Shown one piece after another: positions 47,867-61,000 of a stretch of DNA of 64,000 nt (positions are counted from its first letter, which is position 1; every line of letters starts with the position of its first letter). Under the pieces are notes generated by a model that was not told the DNA's origin, made no database searches, and saw nothing but the letters and a program-made list of their open reading frames with translations. The stretch is from Acanthaster planci (lineage: Eukaryota), in contig NW_019091358.1 of assembly GCF_001949145.1 (NCBI RefSeq), forward strand, positions 558,961-622,960, given 5' to 3'. A program made the position numbers and the translations under genes.

Positions 47867-50800
47867 GTAGGTGGTGGGTAAGTGGCAGTGTCTGCATCCC
47901 TGGGAGACCTCTTGTCTAAGTATTCTGTCTGCCCTGGTGCTAGTTTCTTGGAATTGGCTTATTACTCTTGACTTGCACACTGTACTTTGCTCATTTTTTG
48001 CTTAGCACCAGTTTCTCTATGAATTCAGAGCCTGTGTGAACAACACATTTTCCCTTACCTCAACTTCACTACGCCCCTGACCCTTCCACGTGTTCTCCTC
48101 CAACTCGTCCCATTTATGCCATTATCTCTCTTCCTCGCCCAGTTTCCCTTATCCTCTGCTTTCTTTACAGTACGTAAAGCTCCTTTCACATGCAATACAT
48201 ATGACTCCAGTGTCTGGTCTTGTAATAATCAATTCTGTTAGCTTTCAGAGTTGCTCACAACTGCACAGTGTGTCATCACTGTGGACTGTGGACCTTAATC
48301 CCTTGATGACGGGAACTTTTTTCTGAAAGCCGACTCTGAGAAGTCCAGTCTCGCTTAGCCACGAAGGCCACCTGCCAAACTGCAAATTCTCGGTTTGTGG
48401 CCCTGCGTGCTCTGCATGCTTTGAATTAACACAGTGAAAATGCTCATTGTTCGGTGGCTTTCGGCTCTACTCACGCTTCCACATTCCTGTAGCCTCTTTT
48501 CAAAGTGGGGACTATTGTGAAGCTGGTGATTATGATGCAAATTCGGTCTTTTCATTTCTGGGCAACACACAAAGGCCAATCACCATATATACAAGAGCCA
48601 GGGTCTGCCTTCTTTCACCGTGTTCGCTCGAGCGTGGGCCGAGAATAATAGCTGAAAAGCGGGCTGAGGATCTCAATTTTTACGGCGGCTTTTACCGTCA
48701 TCCCTCGCGAAGGGGTTAATTCTATGGACCTCACTTATCTGGACCGTGCAAAGGACCTCACTTCTCGTGGCATTCTATGTTTGTTCCCTTCCAGGAAAAT
48801 AAAGAAAGCGAGTACACAAAACATGGAAGACGTATGGAGCCAATCATAGACGAGGCATATCAGCTCCTGACCGGGAACGAGACACATGCAGCTGGCTTCT
48901 GGCAGCCACAAGAGGGCAGCATACTGCACAGCCTCTGTGGTGCCACACCTGATGGCAAAGTATGTGTAATTGTTTGAATGCTTTTTTTGGTGTTTAGTGT
49001 TACAGTTGCTGCTGGAAACAACATGGCATCATTGGGAGCCAGTGTCTCTATTGGTAGCCACTCCCCAAAGAAGGATGATGTTGCTTTAAGCAAAAGCTAA
49101 ACGATTTGTTCACGGCTGCTCACTTAAAATTTAATATGGATTTCGATTGATATACATGTAAGGCTAAACTCATATCAATATCCATGTAAAAGTCAATACA
49201 AAGTGTATTTAACATGCGCAGACATCAAGGACGAATCCAGATTTATCAAAATACGGGAATACAATAAATATGCAAGGTTATGGCTACCGGTGTCCCTTTG
49301 TCTTCCTGTATAGCCTAGATTTGCCAGTGGCAAATATATGAACAGGACCTTAGGACCTTTGGACAAGTCAGAGAAGATGCCATAACTGCAGTGGTACTGC
49401 ACGGACATGCATGTGATATGCATTTGGCAATTCACGACACCCTATTGGTGGAAGAGGCATGTAACGGGCTCGTACCACCTGTCCACAGGCATTTTACCAC
49501 CACATTAATAGTTTCAAATGGCTTCTGATTCTTATTGCCAAATTGCGCTAGGGTATATTTACATTTCCATGGAAAAGCATGTACACTTGATAACAAGGCT
49601 TGCAAGACCATACAGAAAGGAGCCTTCAATGTGATGTTATAACCATTGAGGACATAGTGGTCACTGCAGCCTGGCCCGTCTGTTGTATGCTTGATTTATC
49701 TTCCCACAAATTTAATATTTTACAACTTTTTAACCGGACATGTGGTGACATCAGGCCTTCGAGGAGCTCACCTAGTATTAAACTGAATTCTACATGGCAC
49801 ATACTTTCAAAATGGGGGCACATCTTTAGAAAAAGGGGTAACAAGCCCTTTATCTTCTTGAACTTATAACATCCAACAAATTCAGGAGTTGGACATGAAT
49901 TAAGTTGGGAATGTTTGAGCAGCCTTTGGTCGAGTGTCAGTCATATGACTATATGTAAGTAGAGCTCTTGTGAATCAATTAAACCATCACATTTGTCCCA
50001 ATTTTTGATAACTCCTTACCAGATTTTGTCAGCCAGCGAGCCCAAGAAGCTCATAGGGCTAGTCGAATACAAAGCCCCATTCTTCCAGTTGTATGACTGC
50101 TCCAAGCATCCCCACGGCATCCCTAGACACTACATGGCTCAGGTCAGCGCTAATTCAGTAAAACCCAATCATTAGGGCTGAGTTAATTGGAATAATGCAC
50201 AATTCAAATGTTCAACCTTCAATTCGATCAAATACCTGCATATTCAGTCGTACTGACTGGCGGATCATTGATGAACAATCCACATGCAAAATCAGTTGCA
50301 ATAACGCACACACTTGTACATTATGATCACTATAATAGCTTCTCGATTCTAGGATTATCTCCAGTCACGATTTAAAGACATTTTATAGAGGAACAATACT
50401 TCTTGCCCTGTTGGCATTTTATTCCTTTTAAGTTTTTCATTCCTTTTAAGTCTTTTAATGAATAATTTACTTTTTTAATCATTGTAGGATATATTATTCT
50501 GTCGCTTTTCAATTTAATCTGCCTGAAACAAACCTCCATAGTTCGGTTTTTCTCATTTAAAACAACAGAAATTCTCCCTTTTTATGAAGTTTGCATTCAA
50601 ATATTCAAATTCAGAAAATAACATTCGAATATTTGATAATGGATCAAATAATTGGATATTCAGCACAGCCCTACCAACTGTTGTTTTCTTTCCTTTCCCG
50701 AGTTATATTGCAAGCTTGTACTTATAAATCCTGGTTGGCAAAATTCATCAGTTCGTGCCCTTGCAAAAGGACAGTAGACAACTTCCAAACTGAGGAAGTA

Positions 50801-53168
50801 CTTACAGTGTGACATTCTCCCTGTGTACTTCGTGCGGGAACTGTAGGTAATTCTCACCTTACTCCAGAGTCAACGAAGAACAAATTGCCTTTGTGCAGTA
50901 GTTTGAATGTACATGTATGTGACACACAAAGTGCTCCACCAATTTTCAACTGAATGTGCACAAACTGGCAGCAGCTGTTTACCACCTGAAATTAAGAGTC
51001 AAGTTCCCTGTTGAGCAAGGGCTTAAAAGCATTCCAGACTCGAACATTTGTCTAAATTTGCACTTACCTGGATTTCATATCATTTTGAAAGGGAGCTTTG
51101 AAAAGCACATTGTCACATTGATTACTTTTAGGTTTGCTTGATGGATGTAACCATGGAGATAGGAACACTGTCAAGGTTTGCAGTTGCACCGTGTAAGTTG
51201 TCTTTCGGTAGTGAGTGGGGTTCTCAAGTGAACCAGAATACTCAACGTTTTCTGTTACCTGACAACAGATGCGGCATACTTTCCAAAACATTGAGTATGC
51301 CGGTTCCCTTTGGAAGCCCATCGGTTCATAAGCATTTCGCATGGTGCTACTGCTGTGCAAACCTTTGACAGGGGTTAGATTTGTCTGGATTTGGGTATTT
51401 TTGTGTAAAGCATATTGAGGATGGTTTTTTTAGATATAAAAATTAATGATTACAGTGAAGATATGCAATTGACTAAGGCCTAACATATCCATGGAAATTT
51501 TGATTGGTTTGAAAACAAGTGGAAAAATAGAAGGGAAAGGAGAAGACTACATTACCATGATTTAACGGAAATATCGACAAGCAAGGATATTATGGGGACG
51601 TTTGGTGCGATAAATCATTGAAATATTCTGACTGAGTATTGCACACTGTGTCCTCAAATCTCGCGACTGCCTTGTCAAAAAATGTCACATTGTGTTTTTT
51701 TTTACATTAGATCCAGGGCCAGATGGCTATCTGTGAGGCTCCGTGGTGTGATTTTATGGCGGTGTCTACCCAGACCAGCGAAGTCAGTCTCCAAAGGGTC
51801 CACTTCAGCAGGGCCTACTGGCAGTGCGTGGCCAAGAAGCTCAGGCAATTCAGCCTGACGCTCAAGGAGGCCAAACAGAGGAAGGAGCTGGGAAAACCGT
51901 TTCTCAACTTTCCTGGTCAGGACAGCTTTTGTGGCACCCCTGTGTCTTGTCTTGAGCATGGGAATAGATCTTTTTCATAAGGAAGCCATTTCTGATCATG
52001 TTCCCTGTAAATATGTTATTCAGTGGAATGTATCAAATTGGGTGGTGCCCGATTATTTTCGGTTCCATGCCTCTTTTTCATTTTTTTTTTATGTTGCTCG
52101 AGACATTTAGATATAACCAATCACATTTTAAATTATTCACCACTGTAAATTAAATTAATGTGAAATAAATATTTTCATTGCTTTCATTTTTTTGTTGGGT
52201 TCCCAAAATATAAAGTTAACCTTGCTTTCAATTTCATACGGCTGACTTGTGTATAACGTCAATTGATTCAGTGTCGAACCGCACATAAACAGTGCTCTGT
52301 ATACATGTATGTAGGCATTGTACATTGGACGAGTATCAACCAAAAGGTGGAGTTTTTTTGGCAAAACTGTCTACCTGATCTCTTGGCATCCTTTGGGGAA
52401 ACCCTCCTAATGCTATCAAAATTTAACACCACAAAGAACTACTTTTTCATTAAAAAAATCACAGCATTCACAAGAGCATTTGAGCTTGAAAAAGCATAGC
52501 ATCTTTCCACCAGCATGAGATAATGTGAGCTAGTAGGAATTCCTTTTATCATGTCGTTAATCTCATTTGAACCAACAGGCATACAGAGATTGAAGAATGA
52601 ACCTATTGCAAGAACCTTACTGCCGGGGGAAAATAGCATCACGGTAGAGAATCTTTTAGAGGTAAATTTGACCATATGTGTATGCCAGAAAAGTGTGTCA
52701 GACACACTGGTTATTGATAACCACTCACCAGGCAATAATCTGTAAAATTTCACAGGCTCTCAAACTGAAAACAGGAAAAGGGACTCTTTTTTTCTACATG
52801 TCGTGAATTTTGGTTTACTCTCGTGACTTTATCTGTGTATTCAATTTACTGTAACAGTTTAAGGATCCTACATCCACCATGCAGAATCACTCACCTTGAT
52901 GTAATAGATTTCTTGAGTAATGATATTTAGTTAGATTTTGGTTCTTGCAAAGTGTTTTAGACATCTGAATTTGTTTTGGTTGTGCTAGGTCAACAGCAAG
53001 GGTCAGTTTCGATCTTCGTCAGGAACGTGGATGGATTTTGATTTCCTCATGGGGAATCCAGTCCCGGGTACCAGCCATCTACAGGGGTACCAGTACGATT
53101 GTATCCTGAGAGAAATAGACAGTGCAATTCGGAAGCGGAACATTCCAGACTTGGAAGCTGTCAAATAG
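47696..53168 (+). CDS. YqaJ-like viral recombinase / lambda-exonuclease-family PD-(D/E)xK nuclease, spliced gene of about 307 aa. Exons 47696-47866, 48795-48959, 50023-50142, 51711-51915, 52579-52661, 52989-53168.
   Basis: The exons join in frame via GT-AG introns (phases 0,0,0,1,0), 924 nt with no internal stop. Family motifs appear in the correct order: QRSAEW..R...LTASKFG, HG...E, GATPDG, LVEYKAP, HYMAQ|IQGQM, WCDF, RVHFSRAYW. Confidence 0.85.
48299..48715. mobile_element. Possible TTAA-flanked MITE in an intron of the YqaJ-like gene
   Basis: ttaa|TCCCTT..GATGACGG ... CCGTCATC..AAGGGG|ttaa imperfect TIR. Confidence 0.45.
48795..48959 (+). CDS. YqaJ-like nuclease exon (HG..E and PD motifs)
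   Basis: cccttccag|GAA...AAA|gtatgt; TKHGRRMEPIIDEAYQLLTG...GF...LCGATPDGK. Confidence 0.88.
50023..50142 (+). CDS. YqaJ-like nuclease exon (ExK motif)
   Basis: ccttaccag|ATT...CAG|gtcagc; LIGLVEYKAPF...IPRHYMAQ. Confidence 0.88.
51711..51915 (+). CDS. YqaJ-like nuclease exon (QxQM, WCDF, YW)
   Basis: tttttacattag|ATC...CCT G|gtcagg; IQGQMAICEAPWCDFMAV...RVHFSRAYW; read-through would stop at 51980. Confidence 0.85.
52579..52661 (+). CDS. YqaJ-like nuclease, probable C-terminal extension exon
   Basis: caacag|GC ATA...GAG|gtaaat; the phase-1 start matches the 51915 donor; GIQRLKNEPIARTLLPGENSITVENLLE. Confidence 0.6.
52989..53168 (+). CDS. YqaJ-like nuclease, probable terminal exon
   Basis: ttggttgtgctag|GTC...TAG; 59 open codons, VNSKGQF...WMDFDFLMG...DLEAVK*; phase 0. 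Confidence 0.6.
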   Translation, partial: VNSKGQFRSSSGTWMDFDFLMGNPVPGTSHLQGYQYDCILREIDSAIRKRNIPDLEAVK

Positions 53169-54894
53169 ATAACAATGATTCATGTATTTCCCTTTGACAT
53201 GCACTTTTGTGAATGGTTCTCTGTGGCTTAGCAGCAAAGGTGTTTAATTTGACGGCACCCCCACTTTGCTAATGAAAGTGTATTTTTTACATTTTAGAAG
53301 CAGTGAATGCACAATAGGACAATCAAAGTTTCACCAACTAAGCTTCGCTGGGTCCTATTCCCATCCATAGATTATAGACCTCAAGCAATCTGCAAATTTC
53401 AGCCAGGAAATGAGGCCAAAACCTCTCATTCTATTGGACCAAAATAGGCTTGTGGTCTGCATGCAGTTGTCCATGACAGGAGATGTTGTGTTACCCCTGA
53501 GATGCTGTCCTATCTGCTCCGTTAGTCCCCAAGCAGTTGTGTCTCATATTCAGCACTGTTTACTACGCTTACAAATTCAATATTCAGATGATTTTTTGTG
53601 AGTGCATTCTGAGGGTATGTCTAGGTCCAAAGCTTGCAACAAAGGAAGCAAGGTGACGAAGAACAATCTTCCTTAAAACAGTGGAACCTAATTAAAGACA
53701 TCTATTCATGTTGGGACTTTTTATCTGACTCTTCCGTGTGATCTTGGATCCAGTACGCTTTTCATTGGTGGCATTCTTTGGAATTGTGACAAAGTGTCTG
53801 CATTGGAATGTTGCTAGTGTAATAGAGGTGAATTTAATCTTTTTTTTTGTTAGTCCACGTAGCTATATAGAAGTGGTACCCCCCAGTTTACCCAGCAAAA
53901 ACCTGCATTGTGTGTACCCCTGTGTAAAGTGTTTGTTTAAGAGGCATGCAGCTCTATGACCAAGCATGCTTAGGGTCTTTGTTCAGTAAGCAGGTCAGCA
54001 GCCAAGGAGTGCACATGTACATAAAGTCTCCTCTGAAGATGTGTAGAACCTGCAGTGGACTTGGTTGTTGAAGTTTGATTGTAATTGATTTGTGCCTTTT
54101 CTTGATACTGTGTTTGGTTTGGTTTTTTGGGGGTCGTTATTTTCTTATTACCCGGTTCTGTATTTTGTGCAAGCGATTTCCCCCCAGAGTTGTCTTCTTC
54201 TAGTGTTCCATTTTTGCAGGTTACACTTGCCTTGTATATGACGTTCTAATCAGACCCTGAAAACATACGCCATCATGCTATTCTAGAAGACGACATTGGG
54301 CTGGCAGGTTTTACACCAGACATTAACCTATTGCCATGGAGATATAGTTGAAATTCCTTTAATCTAAAGATTATTGAAGGACCCTTATCAGACTGAGAAC
54401 AGACTTGCTCACTGGGAAGAAAGTTTCTTGAAGCCAGGGCTATGGGTTTGTCTGACTGTGACGTATTAAAGGGACATCACTTGGCTTAGCAGTATTCCTA
54501 ACCTGTCAGGGCTGGCATCTGTTTGAAAGGAGGAGCCGCTTTTGGGGGCTCTAATGTACTGAAAGACTGTGACTCTCTCACATCCATTGCATCACCCCTT
54601 TTTAATGAGCTCAGAGGATCTCCTGACAAATTGGCAATGACCGAAAGCTAATCTTTTCTCTCCAAGCAGCTTATGAAACATACATCACAGGCAGTGAAAG
54701 GGTGGCTGCCTCTACAGTTTCCACATTTTTGTAGCCATTGCAGGTAACACCTTTCTTTTTCTCCAAGCTTATAGTGAGAGATATAGCCTTCCATAGCTCC
54801 CACCTGATCCAGGGATACTTTGAGAACGACAGGAGATGTTGTACAGGGATATTGCACTACGCCATAGCGTATTTGAAAGAATAATAAGATGTAG

Positions 54895-55125
54895 CAGTGG
54901 GGGCGCTATGTGGTGTCATAGGGGTGCAAATGCACCCACTGAAAAGCCGCTTGCACCCACGGTTGCACCCATAAAAACTTTTTCACATGTTACGACAGGG
55001 TGATCAACCTTGCGTTGATGACACCGCATCATATAACCCAGGAGAAATGAAGGGTCCTTTGCCCGCGCGATTCTGTCTAGCCCCACACTTGCACCCACAG
55101 CCACCGAGGTCTGGCGCCGCCACTG
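54895..55125. mobile_element. hAT-like MITE with internal TGCACCCA repeats
   Basis: CAGTGG..GCGC ... GCGCCGCCACTG termini; several tgcaccca copies; no clear 8-bp TSD. Confidence 0.55.
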
Positions 55126-57745
55126 TGTTGTGAGCGAAGGGAAATTATAAAGCTATCGCACTGCATGCGCTGTGTCCAAAATGAGAACTTTCGGTCCTAA
55201 GTATTTGCATAATTTTGCAGAAACGTGTGAGATTATGTGACACTAGAATATATCCGTTCCTATTATTGGTGGGTCCTATGTCTTGAAATTGTTGGACCGA
55301 CTCATCTTGCGGCTGCGTCGCAAAAATGGAATGTTCCATTCTGTCCAAATGGATCGTTCGTCGTTTTATTCATCAATTTTTAAGCTCGCGGGGATTTATT
55401 CACGATTCGGTTTGGTGGCACGGGGTATTTGCCTTAAATTTTTGAGTAAAATAAAGTAAACGCCAAAAAATTGGTGCAAACTGCTGCTGCCTACGATAAC
55501 CTGAAGTACAAATCGGGAAAAAATTAATAAGAGAGCATGAAGTTTTGACCTCCGCAGAGTCTTTCTGCAAGACGAAACAAATAATGACTACATCTCTATT
55601 TCACATACGCGTAATTCTTGTCCCTTTTTAGACGTTGGGCTTTGCTACTAGCATTCTTACATCATACCAAATGCAAAATATAAAAAGTATCGAACGAACC
55701 AATACCATGACGTTGTTTTCTCTGAGTTTTACAAGACATTTTTCAGAATGACACTGGATCCAATTCAGAACGGCGGAACGTCCATGAGAATATAGGGATA
55801 AAGACAAGGGGCACATTATAGCAAAAGTCAATCACGTGTGAATCACGTGTGAGTACGAATTGCATCAACAAAGTTGCAGTGCTATGTGTGGATATGTTCC
55901 TTTCCTTTCTCCGCTCATGTAAAATGTTTGTTTAGGACAGCCAGCCAAAAGAAATAGTGTAAAATAACGTACACGTACACACAAATACTGTCATGTCCCT
56001 GTGACTTGAGTTTACTAGTGCTGCAAGTTCTCCGGCTCGCCAATTTCTTTTAACATTGCATATACTCATTACGATCCTTTCATGAACGAAGTGCAAAACT
56101 CTAACCATAACAACCCCATCCCATGGCCATGTAAAGTGTACATGTATATACTCACACACAGGTGCAAGTGTTCCCTGAACTTAAAACCTGGCACGAACTG
56201 GTTTTTGTTTTAAACAGTACTCCAGAATAAGAATATATAAATAAAGTGCAATGTATATGTTAGACAAGATACAAATTAAAATGTCGATTCCAACGAACCT
56301 GCAGGGTTATTATGCACCTTCATTCCAATTAAGAGTTTAAATAAACCCGGAATTAATGTGACCAAAAAACCTTAACCACACTGAAATGCAAAAATCGTTG
56401 TAAGAGGCTGCAAAATATGGAATATTGCATGTACACGCAGACTCAGTGCGGACGTGTCTTCTCTGCATTTCTTTATTCAAGTAACAAACACTAATGAATA
56501 CACGTGTATTACTTTCGATGTATATATAAGCACGCTTTATATAAAATAATTATAAAAATATTGTCATTTTTTGGCTTTTGTTTGTTTTGGGGGGGGACGA
56601 GTGTCTAAAACGATTTGCGACAAAGAGCTACTTTATTGCGAAAGCCATATTTAGAAAAGACTGAGCTACTTTTTTTCGAAAACCATATTGACAAAGGTTT
56701 TCTTGGTAGGTCATGCTCTATATTAAATTTCGAGTAGACTCTCCTGCAGGAGACAAGAATTTAAAAATCAATATATCAAAAATACATTGAACCAATATAT
56801 ATCAATGAACAATGGGTTAACTGGGAAAAAAGGAAAGATTACTGAGGATAATTTAAGGCGCTTTCGACAGTAGTACCATTTCCTCAAAGTCCGTGTGGGA
56901 ATCATCCTTGGGCTCTTCCATTGGTGGTCGCCTCCTACATGAAGTGAATAAAGGGAAAGGGGGTCTATAAGTCCAGGACGTCGTTGTACCAAAGCCAAAT
57001 TCCTCAGTATGTGTACCCTCATGTACCTTCACCGTCGAGCGACCAGAACGCGTAACGGTCGGATGTCTGGGCCAATTGTTTTAGAATTACTAGTGGACGG
57101 TGTTATTCCACGTTGCACCCGGGCGCTTTTGAGGCCTATATTATGTGGGGCCAAAAATATCGGACTTTCTAAACCAAACACCACAACGTCCCTTTTGCGA
57201 AATTGGACTTAAAGGTTGGTCCTTGGTAGTCATTGTGAAGATTTCTGGCTCCGCATCATCGCTTTTTTTAAACACCGGGACTTGTGTCGCGCTGAGCGGT
57301 ATTTATGGAGCGGATTTCCAATATATTTGCTCGGCTTCGTCTCCATTTCAGGCTTCTTCACTAAAATTGACCCCGGCCCCATACTTATGCCGACAGTTTT
57401 TAAATTAAATAAAAGTCTTGCAGACATGCAATTAGCTCTGTTGCATGTCGTTCAATGTTCCGGCGGCACCATCTGACTTACTGTTGAGCTAACTTCGAAG
57501 TCAGGGAGTCAGAAATTAGGCAAAGCCTGATCGGACAAAAGCACAGCATTGGAAACGCACAAGAGATCTCGTTGAGTGTACATGTATATACCAGGAAAAG
57601 ATAACGTGTACACTTCTGTACGTACAAATTAGTTACCTATAGGCCTACGTGTCAACTCTCACGATAACATGGCCCAGCCAAAAACTGAACATCACATGCA
57701 ATATGGTGGTCCCCTACTGCGGCAGAAACCTACTGACTGCCTTCT

Positions 57746-58040
57746 CTATGGCGGCATCCGAATCTGTTGTCTAGAGCTAGGTGTAGGTCTTCGCTCCATA
57801 GGAAATGTGTGGAGACGCGTAGACAATAGATCTAGCCGTAGCTCTGGAAGCCCGTTTTGGACACGGTCTATATGTTCCATAAATAGATATACTTGCCCTT
57901 TTCCGCATCGGTATTCCCAGGCACCAAAGAAACACAAAACAAGCCAGACAGCTAGAAAGCCGCATGCAATGATTGTTGTAGCGTATCCAAATCCAAGACA
58001 ATCCGTCAGCCAACTGGCCAACATCGGGCCGACCATCATT
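57746..58040 (-). CDS. SLC18B1: SLC18B1-like exon with the last TM helices (3' boundary uncertain: stop at 57746, or a donor near 57893-57897)
   Basis: cttgatag|A ATG; MMVGPMLASWLTDCLGFGYATTIIACGFLAVWLVLCFFGAWEY. Confidence 0.75.
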
Positions 58041-61000
58041 CTATCAAGACAATTCAAATCAAATCACTTTACTGTTATCACAACACTTCTGTAGTCATTC
58101 CTTCCCAATTTATATTTTCCTTGCTCAGCAAAATTCTAAAGCACGTGGGTATTGAAAATGCTTTAGTTTGCCGTCAGGTTGTTTCCGTCATGCTTTCAAA
58201 AGCGTGAGATTATAGTGTTACATCCACAATTCAACCACGGTGCCTCTTTAATTTTACAGACACCCCCAAGTCGGCTTTCATGCACTCTTGATTCACATTA
58301 AAGTGAGATTGAGAAGTTTTCCGAAGAAATTCCTCAAAATATTAAGACGTGGTTCGCAACCCCCCTCCCCGAAATTTCAGAAAAGTGATATATCGCTCAG
58401 TCACCTCTTAAAATAAGTTAACCAACCCATTTCCCACTACCGTTAGACAGCTACAGGCGGTATTGCTGCTAGAACTGCACCGACAGCAAATACACGGGCA
58501 CTACCCTAGTAGTTGCCACGTCGCGTGGCAAGAGTTTAAAAAAATGACTGCCAGCAGTTCCATTTTACCCACAACACTTACCCTATTGACACTGCCATGT
58601 TCCAAAGACCCGAAATAATACCGACGAGTCCCATGTTATAAGGTATTCCATACCATCTGTGCAGTGAGGGGTAAAGTTAAATTTAGCTTTTAAAATATTG
58701 GTCTTAAGTAGTGGTTACGTTTATTTAAAAAGATGGTGATTTTGGTAGATGGATCAATACTTAATCTAGAATTTCTGAGGCCTTTCTGCGTCTAAAGAAC
58801 CGGAAACCTAAGAAGTGGCTTGGAGAATTGACTTCAAGGCAGAGATTTCTTAAAGATTTCTTAAAGCAAGCCGAAAACAAAGACCTAACCAACCAAAATA
58901 TTGTTTTAAAAAATACTTGATTTGAGACTATAGACCCCCTCGCGCGAAGTTATTCCAGCTGTGGTCACTTGAACCGTAACCCCTTCTCATAGGGTGTATG
59001 TAAAAATCATATTGAAATCGGAGGATTCGGGACTTAAAGTTAAAAGCAAGATAAAAAAGTTGTCATTTCCAAAGAGGCTATTGGCGTTTGCTGCGATCAG
59101 TCCACTGTACTCGTGTGTCTGCACGGCACGACAATGTGTTCGTTTTCTTCAAGGTTTGAGTTTGTCTGCAAAGTGGTCGTTTATGAACAACGATGGATTG
59201 TCGGATCGAGAACCTGATATGTCCCCTTTGCAATTTACTTGAAAATTGAGAGCCGTTGGTGTCTATAATTGTATTGCATGATTGTTGTTTGTGCCTTTAT
59301 TCAACCATGCAACGTGAGAAGACCTACTCAGCTGAGATGATCATGTCCAGCATCGGTGGTATGGTCATCATCGCCATCGCGAAAGCCAGAAAGGGTATGA
59401 CCAAACCCACTAAGACCCTGGTGCTGTCGAAATAAACATGCAATTGGACTTATTGAACATCGAGGCTTAGTGCTTAGAAATCAGGCCATTCTTTCGTTTT
59501 GACACTGTTTGCTAGACCAGCAGGGCTGCCCCGAGAGATCAGTGATGAATGGCTAAAAATGGTAAGGGCACGTGGATCATTAATAGTTTTGACTTGTTTA
59601 AAATAATAACAAAATTTAGCCTATGATCGTGATGACTATCGCCTAACGTATAGGCTACCTCTTTTTGAGTTATCGAGGAATCGGCGTGTTTTGTTCTCAA
59701 CTTTGACTAACAAACTATTATAGTTTATTGCTAGGGATATGTACTTACGGGGTTATGTTGAGGACAGGAGAAGGTCCAAGAAGGAAAAATCCGATGACCG
59801 CTCCAAATGTTCCCAAAGATATTACAGTTCTGGTGCACTTCTGTAAACGAATAGGAAATAGCTATAAGTTAACAAAGACGCACTTATTCTGAAATTTAGT
59901 TTCCTTTAACAATCATATTTAGCTTTACACTAAAAGAACCTCTTGGAAGCAAAAGACCGCTGGAAGTTTAAAAATCTCTCTCTCTCTCTCAATGTAGAAC
60001 TGCAGTACAAAGAAACGATCGAGTTTTATAGCTTAGAAAACATTTTAATCATAGCAATTCTGTTTCATAACTCTTTGCTAGATACATTCAAAGTTGGTGT
60101 GATGTTTCCTTACGGATGCCTTGCCATTCAGTATATGATAAGCTTGAGTAGGCTCTATTTAGCTTTCGAATGAGAGAAGGGAAAAACAGGAAAATTTTTT
60201 TTAATGTACATCACATTAAACTATTGTTGCAACGCAAGAATCTGTGCGACCCCGTTTGACCTATTATGAATGATAATTTCCGGCGTTCTGTTAGGCTTAG
60301 TTTACTTTGTTGTACGATTACATAGGCTTAATTTGAAGAAGTTTCAAGAAACCTAGAGTAAAGCGATTTCCGAAAAAAACAAACGAGAAGCTATAGGCCT
60401 ATGAACCTCGACTGCAATGAACGTGAGCAGGATTGGTAGCACGGGACTTTGAATTTTGAGGTATACGTCCAGACTTCAGAAACTAATGCAGGTCCCGTGA
60501 TGGCGACTCCTTTGTGGATCGATTGAAGAAAGTTCGGCCTAATTGAGGAAGGCTTCAGAGCTCAGTCTTATCCCAGAAGAGACACTTTTCTGAACTGAGT
60601 CTACAGTTCAATGTTATGGGTTGCCTATTCACTATTATTTACGCGACAGGAGTCAGATTGCGTCCATCGTTGTCTCGTCTGTTTCTGGCTGTTCGTTGGA
60701 GATATATTCGGCCCGCGTCTCAGCGTATTTGCACCTTCAAAGAACGGTTTGCGTCATCCACGAAGTCGTCCTTTGTTGCAGAGCCTGCCTAAGTCCTCGC
60801 CCAAACGATTCTATTTATATTGCATAAGATCTTGTGGGCCTACTTAAACACCAGCCTAATCTAATCAATATGCACTGCATAATACTCCATCGACACTCTT
60901 GAAGTGTCTAACATTCCAATAAATCATTGTTTCTTTGTTCTTTATATAACAGTGTGATTTGGTTTGATTGCTTAGTTGCATCTGAGAAAATTCGGGCTTT

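Noticed and set aside
47696..53168. YqaJ region as phage/bacterial contamination or a live transposon ORF
   Set aside because: It has spliceosomal introns containing host-type repeats and is contiguous with animal genes; no transposase or enclosing TIRs were seen. An ancient TE origin is not excluded.
53300..54860. Possible decayed minus-strand coding sequence
   Set aside because: Only short, stop-interrupted frames with no recognisable motif; more simply UTR or intergenic DNA.
57482..57897. GC-AG intron (GG|gcaagt at 57896) and a 45-nt exon at 57526-57482 extending the transporter
   Set aside because: Phase-compatible, but the peptide is unrecognisable and read-through to the stop at 57746 is equally possible; undecidable without transcripts.
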